DNA of 64,000 bases from Lama guanicoe (GCA_013239625.1 MU055657.1:14023125-14087124); one strand, 5' to 3'. Shown: positions 35,640 through 48,941, counted from the first letter of the stretch. The notes: generated by a model from the letters alone, not told the origin. Numbers and translations are program-made.

Positions 35640-37032
35640 TAAAGGTATTATTTTGATAGACAAAGCAGTAAACATCTTTAAAAAAGGACATTCAAATAAA
35701 AACATGAATTTGAGATGCTAAAGGACTTTGTTGACTGTTTCCTGTACAATTACCCTTAGAAGCTGACCACTTGTTCTGCACAAGAGGGAAAGGGAAAGAA
35801 TGTGAGTGTCACCACCACATAGCACAGAATATTTGCACAAGCTCACAGGGGTAAGGATCATTGTGGAAACTTCAGCATTTGGGTGTTCATCTTTCTGCTC
35901 TCCCGGAAGGCTGAGTGATCTGAAAGGAAGAATGTTCATCCTGAAATTTGAAAGCTGCCTATAGATATAGTTGCCTTAAATATACCTGGGAGAAATCTTC
36001 AATTTCCTATAAGAGTTTACTCCCCAGGAAAGAAGGAAAATGAAATACTGTGACACTGAAGGTTTCTTTTCTCTATCCCATAAGAGGGGATGGAATTAGA
36101 AGGCTCTAATGCTGACCACTTGACGTTATCCGAGGAGGCTGTGGAGAGGAGCCTGTCAGGAGGGGTGACTTTCCACTCTCTACCCCTGGGGGACCACCTG
36201 AGAACCACCTTCAGGAGCTAGTCATTGTGTGGCAAGGACTGATCATCCCTGACCACTGAATCCTTTAGCCAGTCTTACTAGGAGAGAAGATATTATAGTT
36301 TGGGGGATGGATAAGAAATTGCATTCAGGTGAGCATGTCTATAGCTTTGTATGTCAGAGTTTTCCAAAATTCCCAAAGAATTTTCAGCTTTTAAGACTCT
36401 ATGTGTAATTGTGTATGTGTTTAGTTCGGGCAGTTAGTCAAAGAGGAGGGAGAATAATCAGATAAGTGGCTGAGACCTAGACATGGAAGGGGAGAGGGAG
36501 CTCTGATCCTTTTCCCCCCACCCCTGGCCCTTCTCTAAGAAAGTTTCTCCATCCAGTTGAGCACTGGCCCCTTCCTGGATCTGTGTCCACCCCAATGTCC
36601 ATCACCACTCCTCTTCCTAGCGCAGAACTCAGTCTCAATCATGCCATCATTTGGCTGCAATTCTTGAAGCGTAAACACATGGGTCTTTCAGTAGAAGGGA
36701 AACAGCAAATACACTTCTTTCTAGAGACTTGATTTGGGTTCTGGAGACACAATTTCTTCTAACATACAAGACAGATGGGAAATACACACTTAGTGCCTGC
36801 CTGAGTCACTGACATTTAGATGTTTGCCTTCAGTAGTTGTCACGCTATAGGAAAAAATGCATCACGTTGCAGGAGTGTGTGAGGAATAGTCACAGATTCG
36901 TAATCAGACACTCTCAGAACCCTGTCACGGATTAAAACCAAAAATCAGAGCTACAGTCTCATTTCTATAAATACTTGCTTGTAAATGATGTCTGCTAATT
37001 TGTTTTTGTTTTTGTGTTTTTCCCACTGACTT

Positions 37033-37451
37033 TGCAGTAGTCAGCTTAGGCGCCAGAAGAAAACACTATAGAATGGGTAGTTTCAACAAGAGATATTTAC
37101 TTTATCACAGTTTTGGAGGCTGGACGTTTTAGATCAGAGTGCTCGTATAGTTGGTTTCTGTTNNNNNNNNNNNNNNNNNNNNNNNNNNNNNNNNNNNNNN
37201 NNNNNNNNNNNNNNNNNNNNNNNNNNNNNNNNNNNNNNNNNNNNNNNNNNNNNNNNNNNNNNNNNNNNNNNNNNNNNNNNNNNNNNNNNNNNNNNNNNNN
37301 NNNNNNNNNNNNNNNNNNNNNNNNNNNNNNNNNNCCTCTCGATCTCGTCTAATTCTAATCACTGCCCAAAGTCCCCACCTCCACACACCATCACATTGGG
37401 GATTAAGGCTTCCTCACATGAATTCTGGGAGGACGCAATCAGTTGACAGCA
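37033..37451 (-). mobile_element. MaLR solo LTR, MLT1A-like, containing the gap 37163-37334 (172 N)
   Basis: TCACAGTTTTGGAGGCTGGA and ACCATCACATTGGGGATTAAGGCTTC..ACATGAATTCTGGG. Confidence 0.85.
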
Positions 37452-37890
37452 GACTTAGTCCCATCTGTATATTTTCCACACCAGCTTTCAAGTACATGTT
37501 TTCTAGACAGCAAAGTTCAAACTATTCTTGGTAGAGTATCTTCTGTGTCAAAGAATTTTGCCATTTAAAGGATGATTTCTGGCAATTGTGATTATATTCA
37601 AACTCTAATTTGTAGGAACCTAGAAGCAAAATATAATGTAGGTTGTGTTAGCATTAAGTCTTTAAAATAATATCTTTAAAAAATAATACTGTTAAAAAAA
37701 ATGCTGCAACACAGGCACGGATCAGGGATTCAAATATGATTGTAAGTGTTAATAAAATGCATTTTGCACAGAGCAGCATCAAACTGTGAAGCTACACTCA
37801 CTTAGAAATCCCAGTTACCTTATATACGAACATTTACGCCCAGTGGCCTGAAATAAGGTCATTATACCCTGACGCTTTCACAACCTTCTT

Positions 37891-38059
37891 NNNNNNNNNN
37901 NNNNNNNNNNNNNNNNNNNNNNNNNNNNNNNNNNNNNNNNNNNNNNNNNNNNNNNNNNNNNNNNNNNNNNNNNNNNNNNNNNNNNNNNNNNNNNNNNNNN
38001 NNNNNNNNNNNNNNNNNNNNNNNNNNNNNNNNNNNNNNNNNNNNNNNNNNNNNNNNNNN
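37891..38059. other. Assembly gap (169 N)
   Basis: N run. Confidence 0.99.
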
Positions 38060-38961
38060 ACTCTTTAACCTTGGGCAGTTTAAAAGTCTCTACCAGGGCA
38101 TTTCTAGGCATTTTATTGCTTCATTCCTTTATTCTCATGTCAAGGATAAGTGGACTTGAGCCAACAAACAAAATGAGAGCAGAGCCCTTACTCTATTTCC
38201 AGATCAGCTAAACCAATTAATACAATTTAATTAAAACTTATTTTCTTTCCTCTCTGCAGAAGGGGCTCCAAGTGCAGCTGCTGCAGTCGGGGTTTTCAGT
38301 ATGTGGTTCCAGCTTCAATTAACTCTTAAGGGACATTTTCAAAGTGAGACACGACAGGCGTGTGACACTACTGATTGACCTCACTTTCCCGTGCAGTACC
38401 TCTTTACACTATATATATGTTCTTCATCAAAAAGGGGGAGATTTATTTCATTCTTACATGTGTTCCTTGGGATTTAGTGCTTCAGCAGTCCCTGTGCCTG
38501 CAATGAACTACTCACATCTGGTGGGTCTCAGGCAGTTCGTTTGAACAAATCTATACTACACCTGCTGCAATGAGAGAAGCCCTCTGTCGTGTCACAGGGT
38601 GTATTTTTACCTTGAACGGAGTAAAACTTCAGAACAGTAACAGTCCTCTCTTCTCCCCCTATAAGATTCACCTTGAGCATTCCTATCAATTAGACATACG
38701 ATACTTGACAAAACAGTCTGAGTCTTTGGGATAGAAGAGAAATCCAGCAAGAGCTTCACTCTCCCTTGGATCCCCAGGTTCATCCTGGGTTTGTGGAGGT
38801 CCCCCCCGGGAGTCAGCCTGTTGCGGGGACAGAGTTCAATTCCTTTGTCAAAAGTACACAGTTGTAACTGACTTTATTGCTCTTTTCTTCCACTCCTTTT
38901 TATGCCTCCTTAACCCATGAAATCTTTATTGAGACTAGGGCAGAAAGAGTGGCTTTTAGTT

Positions 38962-39424
38962 TGTATCAGTTAGAACTGAGTTTGACTGCAAGTCACAGAA
39001 ACTCCAACAGAGGTTTAAATAATTAAGTGGCTTATATTGCTCAAGTAGAAGTCTGGGGAGGAGAAGACCGGGCTGATACGGTAGCCAAGGGCACCACATG
39101 GGCCCCAGGCTTTCCTTTTCTCTTTTCCACCAAACCTCATGGATACTGGACAGTTCTGTTAACTCCACACACCCTGTCTATGTTCCAAGAAGGAGCAAGG
39201 GAAAGGGAACAGACAAAAGCCTTATGCCAGCACAGTCTGTCTTACTTTTAATTTTTTTTTTTTTCCTGGAAGCCCAGTCTAGTGATTTCTGTATACCTCC
39301 TTGGGACTTCAGCTAAGTACAGGGCAATATGGAAGGATAAGCATTTTATCTTGACACAGTGGTTCCTATGGTGAAAAAGAAGATGAAAATACACATTTGG
39401 TGAGCAACTAGTTATAACTGCCAG
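38962..39424 (-). mobile_element. Old MaLR LTR (MLT1J/K/L-like)
   Basis: TGTATCAGTTAGAACTGAGTTTGACTGCAAGTCACAGAAACTCCAA is the antisense 3' end of old MLT1; ATGTTCCAAGAAGGAGCAAGG. Confidence 0.7.
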
Positions 39425-39474
39425 ACTCTACCTCTATGTCTAACTGACATTCATATACACATTTATTGTATTAT

Positions 39475-39666
39475 CCCATCCCTCAGGGAATATTGCAACA
39501 TCTGTGGAGACAATTTTATTGTCAAGATGACTGGGGAAGAGGAGCATGTGCAAGTAGCATTTGGTGTCTAGGAGTGTAGTTAATTGTCCCGTAACACGTA
39601 AAGTGCTCCTAAATAACAAAGAATTTTATCTCACTTAGAATCCCAGTATTGGCTCCCACTGGGAAA
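39475..39666 (+). mobile_element. Degraded MER20-like hAT transposon
   Basis: CCCTCAGGGAATATTGCAACATCTG..GAGACAATTTTATTGTCA...ACTGGGG...AACAAAGAATT. Confidence 0.55.
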
Positions 39667-42292
39667 GAGTCAAACATAGGAATGCTGCTCTCCTGAGAGG
39701 AGATTCGATCCTCGATATGACCCTCTTCCAGGTCAAATAAAGAATTTCTGGGACTGTGTAGCTTTCACCAGATGTAGCGCCTCACCAACCAGTAATCCAG
39801 TTATCCACTTGCAAAACCTCCAGTATGTAAATTGGAGTTGGAACATTAGCTCCAGTAAAAATTCACATTTGCAAAATTCACATGGAGAAAAGTGAAGCCA
39901 ACAACTCAGGATCCTGGTGATGAGAACGGCAGCTCTAGTTTGGCTCAGCTGGTAGCCCCAGTCTGGGTGCTTCGGAAGACCACTCTGAGCACTGGGGTAG
40001 GGGCACACCTTCAGGGTTGCACATGCTATTAGTGCAGTTCAGAGTCCAAGGATGCCTTTGGGGGTTGAATAGTCACAGGCAGATGTTGTCCTGTCCTGGG
40101 ATGTCTGTTTAGATAAGTGAGGTCCCTCAAAACTTAGTAGCTTTCAGTCTGTTTACTTCAGTCAATTCTTTGAGTAACAGTAGCCAGGGATCTTATGTGA
40201 ACATAGTTTTATTCATTAAGCCTTTTATCTCCTAGCTAGCTTCTGTGACCTAACTATTTCCCTTAACTCTTCCTGACCAGTCCCTTGAAGTAATTAGAAA
40301 CAACCTTGGCTGGAGATACAAACATTTAGAGTAACAATTTTTTTTTCTAATAATTGCTCCCTGTACTTGGCAGAGAACTTTTATAGAAGGGATGTGGGAA
40401 AGTCCCAAGGTACCAATCTAAAACTACCTCTTCTAAGCTGCCCTCTGTTTGAGACAGAGAAGAGTTCAGCTTGTTCCATCTTCTAAGGCTCAAACCATGA
40501 GTGTTTCACTCAACTTGGTTTCCAGGTCATTGGCAGGAAGTGTGTCTCTCAGCCAAGTTAATTTGTTCATCCATCTCTGCTTGCAGACGGTCTAATTGTA
40601 GTCTGAGCTCATTTATCTCTTGGAAGACTTGGCTCAAAGAGGAAAGAAGAAAGAGCAGCTCTGAACATTCTTAATTGTTCCCACTATTTCCCCTAACACA
40701 GCAGCCTTGGTTTTATGTGGTCACTACCCCATATGGTGATGGTTGAACGAAATGTTTTGTTACAGTCATTTTGTAATATTTTCTATAGAAACACCAAGGA
40801 GATGATTCAGTCTTTTCCTCCTGCAATGTTGATTAAAATATATTCATTATGATCATTATTTTTGCTTTAGAAAAGTTTTCCTTCAGTTGCACAATCTGGT
40901 GTTGATAATATCTTTTCAACGTTTAGGTTTGTATCAAGTTTGGAAACTATCAAATTTCTGTGACACACCAGCTATAGAATTAGAGGGCATTTCAAGTTTG
41001 TTTGTGTAGTGGGGCATTTAGCTGGAGACACCCCTTAAGTGATAGGCCGTGGATGTTGCTATATTACTCTGGGTGAGCTGGGTACGGAGTAGGCAGTAGA
41101 GGGTCTCCACCAGGACAGCCAGCAGTGACTTAACTGTACACAGAAGTGACTCGAAGCCATAACACCATATCCCCAACTGGTCCAACCCCCAGAATGTTAC
41201 TCCCACATAGGAGGGGAGGGAAGGGGCTGTGAGCTTGACAGGGGACGTTAGAGTGAGAAAGGGCAGCCGATTGGAATTGAAATGTCTTACTTTCGCAAAT
41301 GTTAGAAACCTTATGAATATAGTGCTTCACTCGTAGTCACGTCCACATGTAATTCAGTTATTGCCAGCTGTCCCGGTAAAGGACAACTCCTATAGCCTAC
41401 TGTGCCAGTCTGCCCAGAGGAATAACATTATGACATCCATGCTATAGCTCCTATGACTCCCTCAGTTAAATGAGTCACTACAGGAGAAAACCTAAAATGC
41501 CCCTGATGGCTTGCTAAGGCCTCTCCCAAAGTTGGGGAAGGCCTGAAATTAAGCTCCATGAGTGGCATAGAAAATTCTTCTCTGGTAAACTATTATCAGA
41601 ATAGAGTCTAGCAAATCTCTATGCAAATATCAAGTAAAACCAATAAGAAAGTCATATCTCTTGATTGCTCTGCAATCACTCTGCTTATAACAGCCTAAAT
41701 AAAGGAGGGAGAATAACTTGCACTTTTATGGATGCCTTGTAAAAGATCCTTTATCTCATAGGGATTTGCATAATTTTTTAAGTTTTAAATTTTCTACTTC
41801 AGCCAAAGTAAATGTCTCGTTTTTAATTTTTTAAATTTTTTTTATTTTTCTTTTGTAAATTTTTATTTTCTTTATTATAGATGCAAGAACAAACAAGTGG
41901 GAAAACCCATGTCACAATAATACACGGAAGCAATCAGGAAAGTACAATGCTTAACAAACTAATTGAACCTTAGGGTAGAGAAAGCTCTGTTACGCCCAGA
42001 AGCTAAGCTCTGAAGGAAGTTAACAACAGTTGTACTAAGAACATTAAAAATACTTTTGCCAAGGAAGGGTATCAACATTTTAATCTACCTTACACTGATA
42101 AAAAGAAAAACCCGCAGCGGGGAGGAGGCAGGGGCCAGTTTTCATGGAACCACAGAAGGCAGAAACAAAATGTCCTTTGTTTGGAGACTATTGCACCTGT
42201 GTTAAATTTACTGCTGACATCTCTTCATAGAGATTTGATTTTTCTCCCATTCCCCTGGCTTGGATTGTTTTCCACGCTGAGGAATGTGAGCC

Positions 42293-42478
42293 ATGCCCGT
42301 GGTCCTCCTTGTCTTGGCAACGTTTCTGTCTTCAGCTGTGAAAGGGAACAGGGCTTCCTCACCCCCGGCCATCAGCACGTCAACTCGGCGATGCACCTGC
42401 ACCCGTAACACGACACGGTGCCAGGCAGAGAGAGCTTCATGCCTCTGTGACAGACACAAGAGATCAATTTCCTGCTGA
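42293..42478 (+). CDS. Candidate 61-aa small ORF resembling a secreted six-cysteine peptide precursor (unverified)
   Basis: True ATG in GAGCCATG context; hydrophobic N-terminus, RR, six Cys; 9 CpG in 186 nt; no recognised homologue and no nearby AATAAA seen. Confidence 0.12.
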   Translation: MPVVLLVLATFLSSAVKGNRASSPPAISTSTRRCTCTRNTTRCQAERASCLCDRHKRSISC

Positions 42479-42899
42479 TTGGGCCTCAGAGTGGGGGCCC
42501 TGTTCTGACGAGGAGGATCTCTTTCAAATAATCCTGATCACTCAAGGTGGCTCACATAGATGCAGAACTTCTGGAGGAGTTGTGACATCGGGTCATAAAG
42601 GAAGACACCATGGCCATAGGCGCAGAGGTTGTAGGGATTTTTCTTGGGAGGGAGGAGGGGGATTCATAATCCCAAAGTCTGTATAGTGTTGGATATTTTA
42701 TGTTTTCTGAATATTCCCCATAGTTGCCAAAGGCGAGGATCTGAGTGTGATGGGTAAAAAGCAGTATGGATTTTGTTCAGAAATTGTTTTACCTGCGAAC
42801 GCATTGTATGTTATAAATTAGTTCGGCTTTGTTCCTTCTGCTTAGGCCCTTGTAAAGGCAGAGTTAATCCACTCCGTGCCTTGCGCTCAGCCCTGCTGT

Positions 42900-43065
42900 T
42901 GCACCTGCAGTCCTGCGTGGCTGTTATTTACTTAGTTATCATCTCCTTTCCTGGCTGTGAGTTTCCTAGGGCGGAGCTGGGCTCTAGTCCCTGGTTGCCA
43001 GTGCCTAACCCTGCATCGCCATCATGGAAAATCCCTGTTAAATGTTTCTTTTTGAATGAATTAAT
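42900..43065 (+). mobile_element. L2 3' end fragment
   Basis: GGCTGTGAGTTTCCTAGGGCGG...CCAGTGCCTA...TTGAATGAAT. Confidence 0.6.
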
Positions 43066-43234
43066 GGATTGTCAATCAGGTTAGGCACCTCATAGGGGAT
43101 CCTGAAAGGACCATAATACTTCTTACTGAAACGATGTCAGTTTGGCCTTGACTTAGAGCCAGAAATGTGTCTTGAATTGGGTGAGAAGAGAAGAGAGTAG
43201 GGGAGGAGAAGAAGGAGCAGAGGAAGATGAACTG

Positions 43235-43455
43235 TGTTATCTTATAGTCAGAAGGCCTGGGTTCCAAAGATGGCTCTGATACCCACGAGTGGTGTGACTT
43301 TGAGAACTGATTTAATATCTGTGCACCATTCTTCTTACTGTAAAATGGGGACCCTGATAGACTCTGGGGGATTAAATGAGGGCATTCATGGACAATGCTT
43401 GGAAGTCCTTGTTCCAGAGGAAGAATTCAATAAAAAATGAGCAGTTATTATTAAT
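43235..43455 (+). mobile_element. MIR SINE
   Basis: AGTCAGAAGGCCTGGGTTC...GTGTGACTTTGAGAA...CTGTAAAATGGGGA...GGATTAAATGAG. Confidence 0.75.
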
Positions 43456-46064
43456 CGGATAAAAAAAGCTTGGCTTCAGCTTATCAAAGATGTTATCTTC
43501 ACATCATAATTTAAAAGAAAGATCCAAAAGGCAGAGGCACAATTAGGAAGCCTTAAGTTGGAAGATGTGCCGTAAGCCACCTGCTCTTCCTACCCACTCA
43601 GAAATTACCAGGCAGCATCTGGTCTCCACTCTGTTATTTGCTTTATGAATACCTGCAGACGTCTCTCTGTAACTGCAAATGTGCTCGAGGTTAATTTATT
43701 TTTGGCAAAGGGCAGAATTAAAGTGGAAGTCTTTCGCATGCCTTTTCTCACCCTGACACTGCACTGCTCATTTTTATTTGACCGTTTAGCCTTTAAAGCA
43801 TGAGCGTACTCTGAGATAATTTCAGGCATCATCCATGCTCGCAGCTGTTACTCTCCAGTTTACAGTGGCCTGAAACAATCATCTCACCACATTCCATGAC
43901 CATTCCCAAGTTGCCCTTAACCTGTGAAATGCAAATTTAATATCCGCTCATCAACCTACTACTCTATTGTGAAAATTTCAAGCCTTTTCCTTCTTTCTCC
44001 AAGATTTTCTCGCCTATGAGGAAGTCAGGAAAGAGAAACTAATATTTAATCTAAAACCTGTGTTTATTCTTAGGTAACTTTTAATTTGATTCTTGTAAAT
44101 GTCACATAAGTATGTCCCATTTCACTTGTCTGTGGGGTCATGCCCTAACATTCGTATCCCAGCGGTGAGCTTTATCACACAAGAGTCTAGGAAGTTCAGC
44201 CTTTTACCAGGTTTCCTTTTTCCCAGTTCCCAGGTGTTCCTGGCTTGGGGAGGCCTGCATGTTCCCTGTGTCACCCTCATTGTCAACCACCTCTCAGTCA
44301 GGTGTCTTTCCCACTGTAGCCTCAGGACACTCCCCCGCCCTTCTGAGCCTGGCTTCCATCAGCCCTTGCTGCTTTCCCCTACAGCAGATCCTCTCAACCT
44401 GGCGCACAGACCTTGTGCACAGACTCCCCGAATGACAGCTGAGACCTGCCATCACTGATTAAAGTCTTAAGGATAATGAAAGGGTCTTCATTTTGGTTAT
44501 CAAATATGGCTTTTCTCAGAGTCCACCGGCCATGTCTGTCCATCAGAGCCACTTGTCAGACACCTCTGTCCAGACATGGTCCTGGCTCCACAGTGTGGGG
44601 ATGGATTTACCCCATCACCTCTGGTAATGGTAGTGCCTTGAGCGTGTCTCCCTTACTTCATTCCAAGTCCTCTATTAAGGGCTGTCTAGTCCTCAAACCT
44701 GGAGGAAGGAAGGGGCACTTCTCCCTCTACACCTACCAAGTCACCATCTTCTCTCAGGACAGGTATCCTCTGGAATGTTTCACAGTGAAACTAACCAATC
44801 CTTTTAAAAGAAAAGCATCCTTGGCGGTATCATCTTACCTTTGAACTCACTAAAACACAATTATCTTCATGTGTACCTTTTGAGCATACTCAAGTTCAAG
44901 TTCAACAGTGCAGTCCAGATTAGCTGCCCACCCCAGTGGGTAGGTGGGAAGATCACGTGTCTGTGTCCCTCTGTCCCTCTGCAGTCGTCTGAGACTCTGC
45001 TCTCATTCTACTCATCTTCTCTACATGAGGACCTAGATGAGAACAGAGTGCAAAGCTCTCAAGAACAAGTAATACATTCTAACAAGTAAGTGCATTGTAA
45101 ATGCATATTCAGGAGAAAACTACATTTTCCTGAAATAAATGATTTCCTAAGATTCAGCTTCATCCACCTGGAAGACAACTTTTCATATGAAGCAGTCATC
45201 TGACTTTTGGAACCACATTGTCTTCAATCTGTCCATTCCAGAATAAAGTTATGTTTAGATTTGCATAACCTAAAGGCCCATGCAAATTTTTTTTCTAAAA
45301 TAAAGAGGTAATTTACTCCTAGAAGTTAATATAAGAATCCAACTCTATAAAAAACAAAACTAAAGAGAAACATCATTTCGCCTTTAAAGTTCTAGCGACC
45401 GTCTCCAGTTCTGTGTGCATCTTCCAGCGTTTGTCAGGGGTAGGGGGTCTAGTCTCAACCAAAATACTCACACAACCTCATCATAGGATATTGTGTCAAA
45501 ATCATTTTTTGAGCTATTGATTAGGATTTTTTCAACATACTCTCCAAGATAGCAAGGCTCGTTGAATTCTTAACCTCTGGGATACTAGCATCACAGAAGC
45601 TAGAAACCTTGGTAAAAATCCAACCTCACTGATTATTTCAGCCGTCTGGAAATGTGAAGAGAGAGACACACATATTCGTTTGATGGGGGAGAAAAAAAGA
45701 GGAAGAGATTGTTCCCTGGAGATACTGGTAGATTCCCAGAGCAGCGGGAATCCTCAGACCACCTCCACACAAGGTCCCAGAAAAGTGAAAACCCTCAGAG
45801 TGAATAACTTCTCCCAGGATCGAAGCTCCCTGCCACACCAAGATGGCTAAGATGCAAGCAGAAACCAATGCTGCAGGGCCACCAAGCCTGAAGGAACCCC
45901 AGAGCTGGGAGAGCACGTAACTCCAAGGTAACCGATGTAGACAAGTGACCCATGTGGCCTTCTCCTAGCCTGGGAGCTCTGCGGGTTTAAGGACATGTAA
46001 AGGAGAAAAAGGAACTGGGATTGTTTTCTACATCTCAGATTGTGAACTCAGACTTCCACTTTCT

Positions 46065-46215
46065 TAATGAGGAGGTGTTTGTAGAAACCCCATTTCACAA
46101 CTGAAGAAGCTGAGACCCAGAGTGAAAGTCACCAAGTGTTGTTTCTCAGCATGGGAGGTGACAGAGCTGGGATTTGCACCCAGATCTGCATAACCTCAAA
46201 ACCGTGCCCTTTTAA
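46065..46215 (-). mobile_element. MIR SINE
   Basis: CCCCATTTCACAACTGAAGAAGCTGAGACCCAGAG...GACAGAGCTGGGATTTGCACCCAGATCTG. Confidence 0.8.
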
Positions 46216-46249
46216 CCAAACCTCTCTGGCTTTCAGGTGGACGAAAAAC

Positions 46250-46800
46250 TGGGAAAGATAATGACTATGCAGTGAAGAAACCAGGCAGACACCAACTTTA
46301 CCAAGCGCTCAAAGTAACACCGTAGTAGAGCGATATCGTGACCACCTTAACGTGACGTGCTAAGAATGGCGCAACCTAATGTTTTTATACTCTTTCCCCA
46401 AATGCATAACCTCTGTCCAACCATGAGAACTCATCAGACCAACCCAAGTTGAGGAACAATCTGTAAAATAAATGATCATTATTTTTCGAGTGTGATGGTC
46501 ATAAAAGACAAAGACCAAGAAACCACTGCAGACAGAACAAGACTAAAGAGAAAGAGCAACTACATGCAATGGGGGATTTTGAATTGGATCCTGGAACACA
46601 AAAGAGATCATTGGAGAAAACTGGTGACGTTCTAACAAGAACTGTTGCCTATTTAGCAATATCATACTGGTGTTAGCATCCTGTTCTTGACAATTATACC
46701 AAGACTATGTAAGATCTTGACACGAGGGAAGATGAAGTGAGGGTATCAGGGAACACTTATACTATTGTTTGCAACTTTCCTGTTAAGTCTAAAGTTTTTT
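46250..46800 (+). mobile_element. L1MC/L1ME-type 3' UTR fragment
   Basis: CATCAGACCAACCCAAGTTGAGG, ATGCAATG..GGAT..TGAATTGGATCCTGGAACA and end TTTGCAACTTTCCTGTTAAGTCTAAA. Confidence 0.8.
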
Positions 46801-47329
46801 GGTTTTTTGTTGTTGTTGTTGTTGTTAATTTTTTTAGCTGAGAAATAATCTGTATTAATCATAGAGGAGGTTACAGCAAATTATTTATTGGTTCCCAAGT
46901 CAGTTGCTACAGACACGTGGACTTACCTGGATTGACGCTAAGAACTCATAGAGATGGCGTCTTCCATGCACATAAAATTGTAGGGCATTTACCAAGTTCA
47001 CATGATATGTTTCCCCTGAGGAAAGGTGATTATGAAGCTAAAAACTGGGAGCTGAGGTGATACTATGGACCAGGAAAAGCAAAACAAACAGCACTCAACC
47101 CCTTCTGATAAGAAATCCCCTTTATAAACTGGAAGACATTAGTCTGAAGCAGATTTTCAATCCAATAGATACAGTTAAACTTTCATATAAATAGGTCAGG
47201 TAATTCCTTCTTCAACTATGTGATATTTTATAAATGGAATGCTTCATACTTTATGGAGTGTGCAGCAATGGTGACTACAAGACAAAAAAAAATTATTTGC
47301 CTTGTTAAACAATTCCAAGGTGTGATTAC

Positions 47330-48400
47330 AAAACATTTATTCATAAAACAATTACTGACAGAGCAAGCACTGTGTGGGAATCTGAACCCCTACTACTAGA
47401 ATATGAAGAGGTCTGCTCTGTGCTGTGAAGACATTGCTTTGGTGACAGGCTGGGTGTGAGATTAGAATGGGGAGAGATTGGGGACCGAGGTATGAGGTCA
47501 CTGCTGAGTTAGGTAGGATAGAACAGGGGCCTCCCCTGGAGCAGTGTTAGGAAGGATAAAGAAGATGGCATGAAATTAAGAGAGATCACTAGCAGGAGAA
47601 CAAAGGTATGTGATGACCTGTTTCAAATATTGTGTGCAGTGTGGGAGCAAAGAAAAAGAAGGAGAGGTAGAGATTAGGAGGAGTGAGGTGTGGGTGTGAG
47701 GAGGTAGTGATGAGAGAGAAATGAAGTAGGAAGACCGGGAAAAATAAAGATGAGCTGATAGAAGAGAAAGAAAGTATGTAATTAATTTTTTAAGCAAAAA
47801 AAAAATTTACTTACCAAGAATTCTCAATTTTCCTAAACTTTTCTACAACTTTTGTCTTAGCCAACTCTGAACGACCTCTGTATCTGCAGACAGCCACCAC
47901 CATAATTCTAGGTAATGTTGGCCTCAGGCATTATAGTGTCAGTCCTAACATTTCTTTGACCCTACAGACCTCAACAACTTTTTTTTTCTAGGAAAGTTAT
48001 TAGGTTTTATCAGGAAACAGTGTCCTTCGTTAGTTACAGGATGTTTTTAGGAACTCAGATATACTCAGGCACCAATACATAAACACAAGTGGCTGCGTTT
48101 TACTGACATGGGCTAAACTCGTATTACATTGTTGCTGTAACAGTAATGAGTGGCCATGAAGCGAACTGCTAACGACAAGGATCAGTTTGAGTGGATTCCA
48201 TCGGAGTCCACAGTAAGGATGAGGGAGACAGAAAGTGCATGTATCGTTCTTTCAGGAAATATGTATGAAGCCCCACTATGCATCAGGCAGTGCTCTAGAT
48301 TCTGGGGATATAGTGTAAATTACAAGGACACTGTCTCTGCTCAAAAAAAAAAATTGCTTTCACTATAATACATGCTGCACAGAAACTAAAGCAGGGTAGG
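47330..48400 (-). mobile_element. Scattered antisense L2 fragments (about 47330-47700 and 48240-48400)
   Basis: CATTTATTCAT..AACAATTACTGA; CCCACTATGCATCAGGCAGTGCTCTAGATTCTGGGGATATAG. Confidence 0.55.
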
Positions 48401-48529
48401 TAGACCTTGACCCCCTGGGGAGAGAGGCGCAGGGAGGAGTGCTACCTGATTTAGGTGATCAGTTCAGTTCTCCCAGGAACTGTGAAGTTCCAGAAGGAGT
48501 CGGGGAGATGCCCCAGGTGGAGGTGTACT

Positions 48530-48710
48530 GTGGGGGTTACAGGCACAGAGTCTAGAGCCAGACTCTCTGGGTTTGAATCACGGCTCTTCCAATGACCAGC
48601 TGTTTGATCTTGGACAAACTGCTTAACTTTTCTGTGCCTCAGTTTCCTCATCTATAAAATGGGGATACAAAGGGAATGTGTTAAATGCTTGAACAAAGTG
48701 CTACGTGTGT
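48530..48710 (+). mobile_element. MIR SINE with well-preserved core
   Basis: GAGCCAGACTCTCTGGGTTTGAATC...CTTAACTTTTCTGTGCCTCAGTTTCCTCATCTATAAAATGGGGATA. Confidence 0.9.
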
Positions 48711-48941
48711 TTGTTAAATACATACATACATACAGTCAGTCAGCCTGGGGTTGCACCTGGAAGCAAGTGGTAAAGGAACATTTTAAGAATGTGATGGTTA
48801 TACCGAATCTCGAGGTTTGGAGCAGGAACTCTCCAAGGAGAAGGAAGAGTAGATAGAAAAGCTGTTCAAAAACAGCTTAGACTACTTGGGTAACCTCAAG
48901 TAATTTGGAATAGAAAGGGGCCCAGGGATGTGCTGAGGCAA

